Positions 1-9,998 of a stretch of 21,454 nucleotides of DNA are shown piece by piece; within the stretch, counting starts at the first letter, position 1; each line of letters begins with the position of its first letter. The notes under the pieces are model-generated. The model was given only the letters and a program-made list of their open reading frames with translations. It made no database searches and was not told the DNA's origin. The translations under genes were made by a program, and so were the position numbers. The DNA comes from an uncultured Gemmatimonadota bacterium (GTDB lineage Bacteria > SM23-81), in contig CAZOYL010000004.1 in NCBI GenBank assembly GCA_964584035.1, forward strand, positions 1 through 21,454, given 5' to 3'.

Positions 1-699
1 ATCCAGCTGCCGTCCCAGCACGATGGCAAAGGAGGAAAGAAACAGCGGCGCGGCGTACCGAATCTGCCTGATCAGCAATCCGTTCTCGATCAGCCGGCCT
101 TTCACCCCCGGAAGGGTAAGCACATTGATCAGGACGAAAAGATTTAATCCGGCATACAGGTAAACGATCACCCGAAGCAGCTGCTGCAGGGACATCCCTC
201 GAGACAGAAGCACGGCCAGGACCGACAGATAGATCAGGCTGAAGATCACCACGGCCAGCGCATAGACGTGAGCCCGGTCCACGGAGATGAAAAATGACTC
301 GGAGAGCTGCCAGAGGGTCAGCATGATCATGTAGAGGCCGATCAGAACGGACAGCCGGGCCAGGTCCGGGTTGCTGAACCAAACGGCCATTCGCCCGCGC
401 AGCAGCCACAGGATCGTTCCGACAACGACTCCCAGGACCACAAGGACCAGATACGTCTGAAGCACAATCTGCCGTTTCTCGCGGTGCAGGGGAACGAAAT
501 AGTAAATGCTTTTAGACAACCAGACACCCAGAATCAGAGACAGGGTCATGGCCAGCAGGATCACCTGGGAAAAGGTGCCGTAATCGGTCTTGGTGAACGA
601 CCGGGTGATGATCACGCCGGTCACAAAGATGGCGGCGTAATTGACCAGTTTGCTGGCCATGATGAAGGTGGAATGTTGTAGAAAACGACCCTTCTCCAT
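1..699 (-). CDS. Wzx/MOP-family polysaccharide flippase, 3'-truncated by the window edge (not in the ORF track)
   Basis: Manual translation from ATG at 699, with GAGAGG upstream: MEKGRFLQHSTFIMASKLVNYAAIFVTGVIITRSFTKTDYGTFSQVILLAM...IRQIRYAAPLFLSSFAIVLGRQLD. Open for 233 codons to the edge. It has many hydrophobic helices, the Wzx-type 'R-x5-DYG' N-terminal pattern and the 'YAAPL...QLD' mid-protein pattern. Confidence 0.85.
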   Translation of the reverse strand, partial: MEKGRFLQHSTFIMASKLVNYAAIFVTGVIITRSFTKTDYGTFSQVILLAMTLSLILGVWLSKSIYYFVPLHREKRQIVLQTYLVLVVLGVVVGTILWLLRGRMAVWFSNPDLARLSVLIGLYMIMLTLWQLSESFFISVDRAHVYALAVVIFSLIYLSVLAVLLSRGMSLQQLLRVIVYLYAGLNLFVLINVLTLPGVKGRLIENGLLIRQIRYAAPLFLSSFAIVLGRQLD

Positions 700-717
700 G
701 TTCCGGCAGCCTCTCGA

Positions 718-1878
718 TCAGAGGGAAGCGATCTGCTGACCCGGCCGGCCTGAGGACACCCCGGACAGGTACATCTCCTGATACCGTCTCACCATGGTTC
801 TCAAACTGAATCGTTCCTCCACCTGTCGACGGCCGCAGAGGCCCATGCGGCGGCGCAGTTCGGGGCGATCGGCCAGGGTCCAGAGGGCCTCGGCTAACTG
901 CTCCGGCCGCCGGGGGGGGACCAAAAAACCCTCCCGGCCGTTCCTGATCAGCTCGGGATTCCCGCCCACTTGGGTGGCCACCACGGGCAGCCCGGTGGCC
1001 ATGGCTTCCAGAATAGAATAGGACAGCCCCTCGACGATCGATGGCAGGACGAAGATGTCCAACGCAGTCAGAATATCGTCGACATCATCGCGGGATCCGA
1101 GATACCGCATCTGGCGGCTCAAGCCCATCCGCTCGGCTTTGCGCTGCAGCGACTCCCGCAGCTGGCCGTCGCCGACCCACAGGAAAACCACCTGTGGATT
1201 TTTCCGCAGAACCGCGGCCGCAGCCGACAGCAGAGTCTCCGGATCCTTGATCCAGTATAGCGTGCCCACCGAACCGATCAGAACGCGATCCTGGGAGATG
1301 CCCAGTTTGGATCTCACCGCCAGGCGGCGATGTTCATCGGCAGGGACGTACCGCCGGGCATCCACTCCATTATAGATGGTGGTCAGGCGCCCGGGCGGAA
1401 TGCCCACCTGATGGATGTAATAGCGCCGCAAAAATTCAGCCACCGCATACAGACGATGGGTTCCCAGGGCCAACAAGCGCTGCAGGAACCGTCGGCGCCA
1501 TTTCATCTGCTCCAGGTCATCGGTGAACAATCCATGGATGCAGTGCACCATCAGGGACGCCCCGCCCAGATGGGCGGCCAGAACGGAATCGAAAAAGGTG
1601 CCCCAGTTATTGGAGTGGACCACATCCACCTTCCGCTGGCGCACCAGAGCAGCCATCCTCCTGAAGAGATACTGACCGGGCCGCTGATGCAGCTGGAACA
1701 CCTCCACCCCCCCGCTGTGCAGCCGGTTTTGGAGATCTCCGGTCGTTTTCAAACAACAGACGGAACTGCGGAATGTCTTCTCTTCCAGAGCATTGATCAG
1801 GTTGACTACGCCGTTTTCAAGCCCCCCCACTCTCAGGGAGTCGACCACATGCAGCACATGGATCTGGCGTCCTCTCAC
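718..1878 (-). CDS. GT4 (GT-B) glycosyltransferase
   Basis: N-terminal HVVDSLRVGGLENGVVNLIN; IYNGVD; C-terminal DIFVLPSIVEGLSYSILEAMATGLPVVATQVGGNPE (EX7E motif). Start placed at GTG 1878 because GGAGG lies just upstream and it forms a GTGA overlap with the previous stop; the ORF track start is 1896. Confidence 0.93.
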   Translation of the reverse strand: MRGRQIHVLHVVDSLRVGGLENGVVNLINALEEKTFRSSVCCLKTTGDLQNRLHSGGVEVFQLHQRPGQYLFRRMAALVRQRKVDVVHSNNWGTFFDSVLAAHLGGASLMVHCIHGLFTDDLEQMKWRRRFLQRLLALGTHRLYAVAEFLRRYYIHQVGIPPGRLTTIYNGVDARRYVPADEHRRLAVRSKLGISQDRVLIGSVGTLYWIKDPETLLSAAAAVLRKNPQVVFLWVGDGQLRESLQRKAERMGLSRQMRYLGSRDDVDDILTALDIFVLPSIVEGLSYSILEAMATGLPVVATQVGGNPELIRNGREGFLVPPRRPEQLAEALWTLADRPELRRRMGLCGRRQVEERFSLRTMVRRYQEMYLSGVSSGRPGQQIASL

Positions 1879-3071
1879 GAGTCCTCCCGGGAACATTCTG
1901 CCTGCGATGCCCCTTTACCCGGCCGCCGCGGCGGCAGTTCCCCATAGGCCCGGAGCAGCTGACGGGCGGCCTGGGCCCAGTTATAGCGCTCCCGCCCGGC
2001 TCTCAGTGCATTGTGCTGAAATGTCGCCAGGAGTTTTCTGTCGCCCAGCCTGGCGAAGGCCGCCGCCACACTTTCGGCCGTCAGAACAGGCAGCGTCAGG
2101 CCGCACTGTTCCCGGGACACAATATCTCCGATCTCGCCGAATTGACCGGTGACGACCGCCTTGCCGGCGGCCAGCGCCTCGAAGAGCTTGTTCGGAGCGC
2201 TGTATTGTGCATTGGGATGGGTTTCGTCGAACCCATAGTAAATGATGTCCGCCGCAACCGTATAGAGAGGCACCTGGTCAGGAGACACATGGCCCAGATA
2301 GAGGATATTGCCGCTGGCCTCGGCCCGCCGGCGGACATCATCCCGCAGGGGACCTTCGCCTCCGATAATGAGAAACAGCTCGGCCTCTCCGTCGACAGCC
2401 TCCAGCAGAGCGGACAACCTTCGCTCCTCGCTGAGCCAGGCGATATAGGTAATCACCAGGGCCGTCTCGGGTATACCCAGCCGCTGCCGCTCCCGATAGC
2501 CCCGTTCCCGCAGCGGTTCGAAATCGTCTAACCTTTTCCAGTTGCCGACGACATAGGTCTTTCGGTTTCCCCGCCGGTGGTATTCCTTCCTGAGCAGCTC
2601 CCCCACGGTGATCAGGGCATCGACCCGTTTGATGAGAACTGTTTCCAGCTTGCGGAGGAGATCCTTGAGACCCGCGGACACATTGCCGGTGAGCATATCG
2701 GGAAAGCTTTCGTGGGCATCGAACAGCACCCTGGCACCCCGCAGGCGGCCCAACAGCATGCCCAGAGGCAGGGTATCGAGATCATGACAGTGGACGATGT
2801 CGTATCGCCGGCGAATGCCTTTCATCAGAGCCATCAGCCAAAAACCCACTAAAAACGGAATCTGGGAAGCCCCCCGGCCATGGCGCGAGCTGAGAAAGAT
2901 CCTCTCCACCTGGATGCCGTCGACCTGCTCCCGGGATGGTTTCTTGCGATCCCGGTCCCAACCCAGCACGGTCACCTGGTAACCGTGTTTCAGCAGAGTT
3001 GTGGCCTCCGCGTGAACTCGGGGATCGGGTTCGAAACAGTTGGTCAGCAGCATCAATACCCGTTTGCTCAT
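1875..3071 (-). CDS. GT4 (GT-B) glycosyltransferase
   Basis: DPRVHAEA N-terminus, DIVHCHDLDTL, FDAHE and PNKLFEALAAGKAVV motifs typical of a GT4 subfamily. ATGA overlap with the upstream gene. Confidence 0.92.
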   Translation of the reverse strand: MSKRVLMLLTNCFEPDPRVHAEATTLLKHGYQVTVLGWDRDRKKPSREQVDGIQVERIFLSSRHGRGASQIPFLVGFWLMALMKGIRRRYDIVHCHDLDTLPLGMLLGRLRGARVLFDAHESFPDMLTGNVSAGLKDLLRKLETVLIKRVDALITVGELLRKEYHRRGNRKTYVVGNWKRLDDFEPLRERGYRERQRLGIPETALVITYIAWLSEERRLSALLEAVDGEAELFLIIGGEGPLRDDVRRRAEASGNILYLGHVSPDQVPLYTVAADIIYYGFDETHPNAQYSAPNKLFEALAAGKAVVTGQFGEIGDIVSREQCGLTLPVLTAESVAAAFARLGDRKLLATFQHNALRAGRERYNWAQAARQLLRAYGELPPRRPGKGASQAECSREDS

Positions 3072-4900
3072 TCGCTCTCCGGGCCGGATGAATCCGTTCC
3101 CGCTGGAAATTCATACAGCAGCACACGGGGACCGGGTCTGTTAAGAACCCCGGGATCGAAATCCCGTATCAGGCGGCCCTGGCTGGTCACCTGGTCGTAG
3201 AATCGAACGAAGGTTTGAAAGCTGATCGCCTCGGAGCCGCAACGATATCGCGACATCATCTCTGCGGTGGTGACCAGATAGCGATACTCCTGAGAACGAT
3301 AGGTCTCCAAGGCCGACACGCCCCACTGTTTGAGAGGGTTTCCCATGTCGCAATCATACTTGGAATCCAGCGGGAAGGCTTCGGCGAACTCCTCTCCCTC
3401 CATCCACCAGGGATGGCTGATCTCGTAGACATGGAAGGTGGGTTCCTCAACCGTTTCCAGATAATATCGATAATAGACGGTGGCATGGGTGGTAAAGGGA
3501 CCGGTTCGGCATTCCTTCTCGGCTCCGGCCAGCAGCTCGGTGATCCGAGCCGGGCTCATTTTCAGCGGCACACAGTAGTCGTCGACCAGAATTCTGCTGC
3601 CCAATGGGATGTTGGCCTCGATCCATTCCTTGGCCACCGTGCGGGTGTCTTTCCGGGCCATCCGGGCGTTGAAGCGAATGATGGCCTCGGTCGAGGGGGC
3701 GATGATCAGAACGGTCAGCAGGATCATCACCATTCCGCTGCCGAAGCCGGCATTCCTGGCCCGGGCCGGGACCAGTTTTTCGGCCAGATCCACCACCAGG
3801 CCGGCCAGGGCCAGGGCCAGCAGAGGATAGACGATATTGAAATGCCGGGCCTCGGCGTAGGAACCAAACAGCAGGCCGGAAATGATAATCACGCTGAGGA
3901 CGGTCAGAACGATGAGCCAGTCCCCCCGACGCCGGCGAACGATGAGATAGAGCAAACCCGCCAGGGACAGGCCTCCCATCACCGGTCCCAGACCGTCATT
4001 CTTCAGAACCACCCCGGTAAAATGAAGAATGGGGCCTATCAGCCCATCGAGGAGGCCGGTCAAGGAAAAGGCCGCCGAGGATCCTGATCCGGCCAGATGG
4101 GGTTGAAACCAGGTGGCCAGGTTGGTCTCGACCCAGTAAGGGTCCAGCAGGTTATAGGGAGATCCCAGAAAAAAACCGCAGCACAGGAACAGCGGGGCCA
4201 GAAGAAGTTTTCCGTTGAGCACTTGGCCCCACCGGAAGGGCCGGCGGGAGGCGAGAAAGGCCAGGTGGGCGTAGAAGATCGGAATCAGCAGAACGACCGG
4301 GGTATACTTGGTGGCCATGCCCAATCCGGCGAACAGACCGGCCAGAACGTAATCCCGCCAGCGGCCGTCGGTGCTGATCCGATAGATGAAAAAAAAGGAC
4401 AGCAGGGCTAAAAAGGCCATCGGGACATCGGCCTTGACCTGTTGAGAGCTCCTTACATGGGCGAAGGTCAGACAGAGAAACACGGCAGCCGCCAGGGCCA
4501 CGCGCCATCCATACATCCGCCGGCCCACTCGATAGACCAGCCAGACGGTGGCCGTGCCCAGCAGGGCCGTTGTGATCCGGCCGATGAGCAAAAAAGCGGT
4601 CAGGTCGTTGATGTACAGCCGGGCCAGATCCTGCATGCTGGCGAACAATCCGGCGATCCGGCCGATCAGATAGAACAGGCCGTACTCTATAAATAACAGA
4701 TACATATACAGGGCCGGCTTGTGGAACCAGTGCGGATTCAGGTCGCCGGTCCCGAGACTCATGGCCCGGTTGATGAAATGGCGCTCATCGGGATAATACG
4801 AGGCCGGCAGACCCTGACCGACGCCCCAGACCCGCAGGCTCAGAGCAAGCGCCACAACGATCAGCACCAGAATCAGTTCTTTATTCCAGGATTTGCTCAA
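3068..4900 (-). CDS. GT-C fold polyprenyl-phosphate-sugar-dependent glycosyltransferase (ArnT/PMT-like, GT83/GT39-type)
   Basis: First TM helix followed by LRVWG...YYPDE (DE motif), HWFHKPALY, GRITTALLG, AGLFAGLGMATKYTP, more than ten hydrophobic segments and a soluble C-terminal domain. Start uncertain: TTG at 4900 follows AAGGAA; the ORF track start is ATG 4927. Confidence 0.85.
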   Translation of the reverse strand: MSKSWNKELILVLIVVALALSLRVWGVGQGLPASYYPDERHFINRAMSLGTGDLNPHWFHKPALYMYLLFIEYGLFYLIGRIAGLFASMQDLARLYINDLTAFLLIGRITTALLGTATVWLVYRVGRRMYGWRVALAAAVFLCLTFAHVRSSQQVKADVPMAFLALLSFFFIYRISTDGRWRDYVLAGLFAGLGMATKYTPVVLLIPIFYAHLAFLASRRPFRWGQVLNGKLLLAPLFLCCGFFLGSPYNLLDPYWVETNLATWFQPHLAGSGSSAAFSLTGLLDGLIGPILHFTGVVLKNDGLGPVMGGLSLAGLLYLIVRRRRGDWLIVLTVLSVIIISGLLFGSYAEARHFNIVYPLLALALAGLVVDLAEKLVPARARNAGFGSGMVMILLTVLIIAPSTEAIIRFNARMARKDTRTVAKEWIEANIPLGSRILVDDYCVPLKMSPARITELLAGAEKECRTGPFTTHATVYYRYYLETVEEPTFHVYEISHPWWMEGEEFAEAFPLDSKYDCDMGNPLKQWGVSALETYRSQEYRYLVTTAEMMSRYRCGSEAISFQTFVRFYDQVTSQGRLIRDFDPGVLNRPGPRVLLYEFPAGTDSSGPESE

Positions 4901-5825
4901 TGTGATATTCCTTGATCTTTTTCGCATGGGCGAAGATGATGATCTCGCCCACCAATCCGATGGAGACCACCTGAATGCCCAAGACCATCAACAGGACGCC
5001 CAGCAGCAGCAGAGGGCGATCCCCGATGGCATGGCCCAGCAAACGTACCTCTGTCAGGTAGAGTTTGTTGATCAGCCCCGATCCCAACTGGTTGGAACCG
5101 TTCTGCCCGATATAGAGCAACGGGTTTTTGTTGTAGTTGACCAGAAAAAAGAGGGTCAGAATATCCATCAGCCGGCGCACATAGGATCCCAGACCATAGA
5201 ACCCGGTGGTTCCTTTTTCCTCCACATGCCTGACCTGAAGCTCTTTGACCCGAAATCCCTGGCGATGGGCCAGAATGGGCAGAAAGCGGAATTGATCTCC
5301 ATAGATCGATATGGCTGACACCACGTTACGGCGCATCACCCGGAGACTGCAATTAAGATCGTGGAGCGGGAATTTGGTCATCCGGCGGGTGATCCAGTTA
5401 AAAACGCCCGACTGCCAGCGGTTCAATATCGGATCCACCCGGGGGTACCGCCAGCCGATGACCATGTCGGCGCCGGCCTCGATCTCGCGGAGCAATCCGG
5501 CCAGATCCTCGGGATGGGTCTGCATAAAAGAAGCCAGAGTGACGATGATGTCGCCTCTGGCATGCTCGAAACCGGCGGAGAGAGCGATCGCCTCTCCGAA
5601 AACCCGGTTGAATTGAATGATCCTGACGTCGGTATGCTCTTCTCGAAGATCCTCCAGTATTTCGAACGTCTTCCGGTTGACCCCGTCCGCCACGAAGATG
5701 AACTCATACCGGTGACCGTTTTTCTCCATTTGTTCGGAAAACCGGCGATAGATCTCCTTCAGATCTCCGATCTCCGAGGAGACAGGAATGACCACTGAAA
5801 GGTACACGGAACGAGCCTCCCTCAT
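4881..5825 (-). CDS. ArnC/GtrB-like GT2 homologue with degenerate catalytic motifs
   Basis: Colinear with the upstream GT2 (LSVVIPV, FG..IALSAGFEHARGDIIVT, DMVIGWR, LHDLNCSLR, FRFLPILA). The DxD position reads TLASFMQ and the DDGS position reads ADGV. GAGGA lies 21 bp upstream of the start. Confidence 0.85.
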   Translation of the reverse strand: MREARSVYLSVVIPVSSEIGDLKEIYRRFSEQMEKNGHRYEFIFVADGVNRKTFEILEDLREEHTDVRIIQFNRVFGEAIALSAGFEHARGDIIVTLASFMQTHPEDLAGLLREIEAGADMVIGWRYPRVDPILNRWQSGVFNWITRRMTKFPLHDLNCSLRVMRRNVVSAISIYGDQFRFLPILAHRQGFRVKELQVRHVEEKGTTGFYGLGSYVRRLMDILTLFFLVNYNKNPLLYIGQNGSNQLGSGLINKLYLTEVRLLGHAIGDRPLLLLGVLLMVLGIQVVSIGLVGEIIIFAHAKKIKEYHIEQILE

Positions 5826-5864
5826 CGCGGCCGCCGTCCAAAGAGGACCGGCCGCGATTCTCGT

Positions 5865-6824
<960 letters not shown>

Positions 6825-6875
6825 CTGATGCTCCGGTCTCTGACCGCATGCCCGGGCCTCCGATCACGCGGCTTT

Positions 6876-9800
6876 CTAGTCATCGAAATGTTCCGGCCTC
6901 CCGGGTGCCTCCGGCAGCTCCTGCCGAGTGATGAAACTGCTGTCCGGAGTGACACCCAGATTCCCCCATGAATCCTGCCCCAGGATCCGGAAATAGTACT
7001 CGGTAAACGGCTGCAGATCGATCAGATTCATACTGTGCTGTGACAGAAAGGTGGTATCCTCCAGCGACCAGTCGTATGATTCGGCCGCCAGACCATATTC
7101 CACTCTGGCATCGGCGGGTTCGTCGGTCGACCAGGAAAGGGTGGCCGAGGTATCGGAGAGGGCCGAAATGGAGACGGCCGAGATGACCGGGGCCGTCTGG
7201 TCATCGTCAGATTCCGTCTCAAAGACATCATCGCCGGAATAGGCCGCATTGCCCGCCCCGTCGGCGCTGCGAACGCGATAATGATAGACCGTCCCGGAAA
7301 CCAGATCGGATATCTCCAGGGAATGTTCCGTAACCTTGCCGCTATCCAGCTCCGTGGTCGATCCGTATTCGGCCGTCAAACCATACTCCGCCTGAGAGTC
7401 GGACAGCTCATCGGTGGACCAGCTCACGATGGCCCGGGCAGACGTGATCCCGGAAACCTGAACATTCGAGATCTGCGGAGCCACGATATCACCCTGCGTG
7501 GCCGTCTGAAAGATATCGTCGGCGGAATAGGCCGCATTGCCCGCCCCGTCGGCGCTGCGAACGCGATAATGATAGACCGTTCCCGGAGACAGGCCGGTCA
7601 ACTGAACGGAATGCTGGGTGACCGGGTCGGCATCCAGGGGAGTCTGATCTCCGTAGGCCATGGTCAGTCCGTACTGCACCCGGGAATCCGAGACCTCATC
7701 GGTCGACCATTCGATGATGGCCTCCGAAGTGGATATCCCGCCGGCCGCCACATCGGAAATGGCCGGCGGCTGCGTGTCGGGCGGCGGGCCGATCGCACGC
7801 AGCAGAATGATGTACATGCTTCCCGCCCCGCTGGCCCCGCTGGCCATGTTGCCACCCAGGGTCACTCCTCCGGCAGGGATATCTCGCGACCACAGCATCA
7901 GCGGGGACGCGGAGACATCGCTGACCCCGACGCCGTCGCCGACGGCGACATAGTGATCGCTGATCCATTGGGGCAGGCTGGTAGCCCGGTGGTCATAGCC
8001 CACATAAAGGGTCACATCCTGATTGACGGTGAATGTCAAAAAGTTCTCGCTGCTGCTGGTCTTGTCGTCATTGGCCGTCTTGATCCACAGCAGGCCCTGA
8101 TGCCCGCCGGGGATATCGGTCACGGTATAGGGCCGATCGACGTAATACTCCTGACCTTCCTGGAGGTAGACCGTCTGGTAGTTGGTCTTGTTGATCTGGC
8201 TCACCTCCAGCTCCTGGCCCGGCTCCGAGAAGGACAGATGCTGGATCACATCGTCGCCGGCACCCTCGTCATCGGTGACGGTCAAGGTCACCGGGATGGA
8301 CCCGCCGCCGGGATTTTGATAGGTGTGTGACACGGCCGGAAGGGCCAGCGTGGAATCGCTGCCGTCCCCGAAATCCCATGCATAGGACACGATAAAACCG
8401 TCCGGATCGTCGCTGGCGGCGGCATCGAAATCCACCGTCAGGGGAAAGGAATAGGTCCCGCTCATCGGATCGGCCGCAAAAGCCGCCGTGGGCGGCAGTT
8501 GATCGACGACCTCGATCTCCACTGCGGCTGTGTCGCTGAGAGCCGGCTGGCCGTCATCGGCGACCACCAGGATGACGTCGTAATCATCGACCTCCTGGAA
8601 AGTGTAGGCCCAGGTCATCCCCTGGCCGGTGGCCACGGTGCTGGCGCCGCGGCGGATCGTCCAGCCGTAAGTCAGATCATTCCCGTTGGGGTCCCAGGAT
8701 GCGGAGGCGTCCAGGTCGACGGTCAGAGGCGCCCGGCCGCTGACGGGATCGGCCGTGAAGGAAGCCTGGGGCGCTTGATTCTGCGGGGAGGATCCGAGAG
8801 GAGCGGTCTTCATGTTGATCACCCCGCCGATGTCACTTGACCGGTCGGGCCAGAACAGTCTCCAATACCCGGAGGAAGTATCGGCCACCACGCCCACACT
8901 CCCCGGCCACCAGGGATCATCGTTGAAGGCGCCGAGCACGCCGGAATAGGAATGCAGCGTGTTTCGATTCGTGGTCCGGAAGCGAATTTCCCTGCCGGCA
9001 CCGGTCTCGCAGCCGCAAAAATCGAGGATGGTGACAGAACCATCCTCATGCAGGACGGGACAGACGCCCTCCTGCCAGAGGTAATCGGTCAACACCGGGC
9101 TTTCGTTCTGTTCCTGCCAGTTGATGCCATCATTGGATACGGCCAGTTTGGCGGAATAACCGGTGGGGGTGCGGTCACCGCATATCCACATGTGCCAGTT
9201 GCCGCTTCCGGTGGCCGTTCCTCCGGAAGCGTGGAGCAGACCGATGGGCCAGATCTCGTCGCCACCGCCGGTACCGATGTCTTGATAATCGATCACCTTG
9301 GTGCCGGAGCTCCAATGCACGCCGTCCGTGGAGGTCGAAAGATAGATGTCGCAGCGGACCAGGCCGCCGCTGATCGATGTGTTGCCGCCCCAGTACATCC
9401 GGATGGTGCCGTCAGCCATCACGGCCGCCTGGGGGAACTCGGGGCACTCCTCGGCGTCGCCGGTGGGACGAAAGGTGATCACCGGATTGCCGGAGTATTT
9501 CGTGAAATGGACACCATCGGCACTTTTCGCCAGGCCGATGGCCATGTTCCCGGCATCGCCGTCGGGGCGCTGGTGATCGGCGCCAACATAGTAGAGAAAT
9601 AAGCTGTCGCGAAAAACGATGACCGAGCCCATGCGGACGTCGGTATCGTCCCAGGATCCGTTGGACCCCTTCGATACGACCGTACCCTGCTCGGTCCATT
9701 CGCCGGGCAGGGGCAGATCGGCAGCGGCGTCACCGCCATCGCCCCAGATCACGGTCAACATCAATAATATCAAGATCTTAATAAGATTCGATCGCCGCAT
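6876..9800 (-). CDS. Secreted multidomain protein: five-bladed beta-propeller (GH43/GH130-like fold), 2 PKD domains, an unnamed module and 3 FN3-like repeats
   Basis: Signal peptide MRRSNLIKILILLMLTVIWG. Propeller blade motifs such as LYYVG..AIGLAKSADGVHFTKYSGNPV and YLSTSTDGVHW. PKD motifs PLTVDFDAAASDDPDG..YAWDFGDG. Three repeats of P.IS.V..A.I.WSTDE.SDS.V.YG..H...L..L..GTVYHYRV.S.D..GN. GAGGTGA RBS. Confidence 0.88.
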   Translation of the reverse strand: MRRSNLIKILILLMLTVIWGDGGDAAADLPLPGEWTEQGTVVSKGSNGSWDDTDVRMGSVIVFRDSLFLYYVGADHQRPDGDAGNMAIGLAKSADGVHFTKYSGNPVITFRPTGDAEECPEFPQAAVMADGTIRMYWGGNTSISGGLVRCDIYLSTSTDGVHWSSGTKVIDYQDIGTGGGDEIWPIGLLHASGGTATGSGNWHMWICGDRTPTGYSAKLAVSNDGINWQEQNESPVLTDYLWQEGVCPVLHEDGSVTILDFCGCETGAGREIRFRTTNRNTLHSYSGVLGAFNDDPWWPGSVGVVADTSSGYWRLFWPDRSSDIGGVINMKTAPLGSSPQNQAPQASFTADPVSGRAPLTVDLDASASWDPNGNDLTYGWTIRRGASTVATGQGMTWAYTFQEVDDYDVILVVADDGQPALSDTAAVEIEVVDQLPPTAAFAADPMSGTYSFPLTVDFDAAASDDPDGFIVSYAWDFGDGSDSTLALPAVSHTYQNPGGGSIPVTLTVTDDEGAGDDVIQHLSFSEPGQELEVSQINKTNYQTVYLQEGQEYYVDRPYTVTDIPGGHQGLLWIKTANDDKTSSSENFLTFTVNQDVTLYVGYDHRATSLPQWISDHYVAVGDGVGVSDVSASPLMLWSRDIPAGGVTLGGNMASGASGAGSMYIILLRAIGPPPDTQPPAISDVAAGGISTSEAIIEWSTDEVSDSRVQYGLTMAYGDQTPLDADPVTQHSVQLTGLSPGTVYHYRVRSADGAGNAAYSADDIFQTATQGDIVAPQISNVQVSGITSARAIVSWSTDELSDSQAEYGLTAEYGSTTELDSGKVTEHSLEISDLVSGTVYHYRVRSADGAGNAAYSGDDVFETESDDDQTAPVISAVSISALSDTSATLSWSTDEPADARVEYGLAAESYDWSLEDTTFLSQHSMNLIDLQPFTEYYFRILGQDSWGNLGVTPDSSFITRQELPEAPGRPEHFDD
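7235..7580. repeat. Exact 58-bp direct repeat (7235-7292 and 7523-7580), 288 bp apart, within adjacent FN3-like domains
   Basis: cggaataggccgcattgcccgccccgtcggcgctgcgaacgcgataatgatagaccgt occurs twice without mismatch and encodes TVYHYRVRSADGAGNAAYS. Confidence 0.95.
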
Positions 9801-9850
9801 AGGACATCACCTCTTCACATCGGGAAAGAAAAGGGTATCACCCCTTTATC

Positions 9851-9867
9851 CGCAACATTTATGCCAA
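9851..9867 (-). promoter_or_regulatory. Sigma-54 (RpoN) -24/-12 promoter
   Basis: Minus strand reads TTGGCATAAATGTTGCG, matching TGGCAC-N5-TTGC with the GG and GC correctly spaced. It lies about 50 bp upstream of ATG 9800 in the only long intergenic gap. Confidence 0.85.
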
Positions 9868-9950
9868 AAGCATCCCTTCGGCTGGAGACTGGAGGAACGG
9901 GCCCGGCGGACCCTGGCCGGCGCCGTCGATGACCGTTCCGCTGAACAAGG

Positions 9951-9998
9951 TGTGTGGAATTTGAACACCTGCGCCCTACAATGTCCGAAAAATGACCC
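9951..9998. promoter_or_regulatory. Candidate tandem upstream activator sites for a sigma-54 enhancer-binding protein
   Basis: TGTGTGGAATTTGAACA (9951-9967, TGT-N11-ACA) and the weaker TGTCCGAAAAATGACCC (9982-9998). Both have AT-rich centres, start 31 bp apart, and sit about 85-130 bp upstream of the -24 element. Confidence 0.45.

Noticed and set aside
912..919. G8 tract in a GT4 gene, and A8/T8 tracts at 4168, 4389, 14465 and 17542, as phase-variation switches
   Set aside because: The tracts are short, all frames are intact, and they are explained by ordinary Pro, Phe or Lys codons.
5049..5138. AAC-rich tract as a diversity-generating retroelement template repeat
   Set aside because: I found no second copy differing at adenines and no reverse transcriptase in the window. 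The tract lies in-frame in a GT2 membrane segment.
7235..7580. Direct repeat as a CRISPR array or mobile-element end
   Set aside because: There are only two copies, the in-frame 288-bp period matches protein domain repeats, and no cas or transposase genes are present.
9870..9950. Possible terminator or structured RNA in the 204-bp intergenic gap
   Set aside because: No convincing hairpin with a U-tract and no recognisable RNA family motif. The spacing is explained by sigma-54 promoter architecture.
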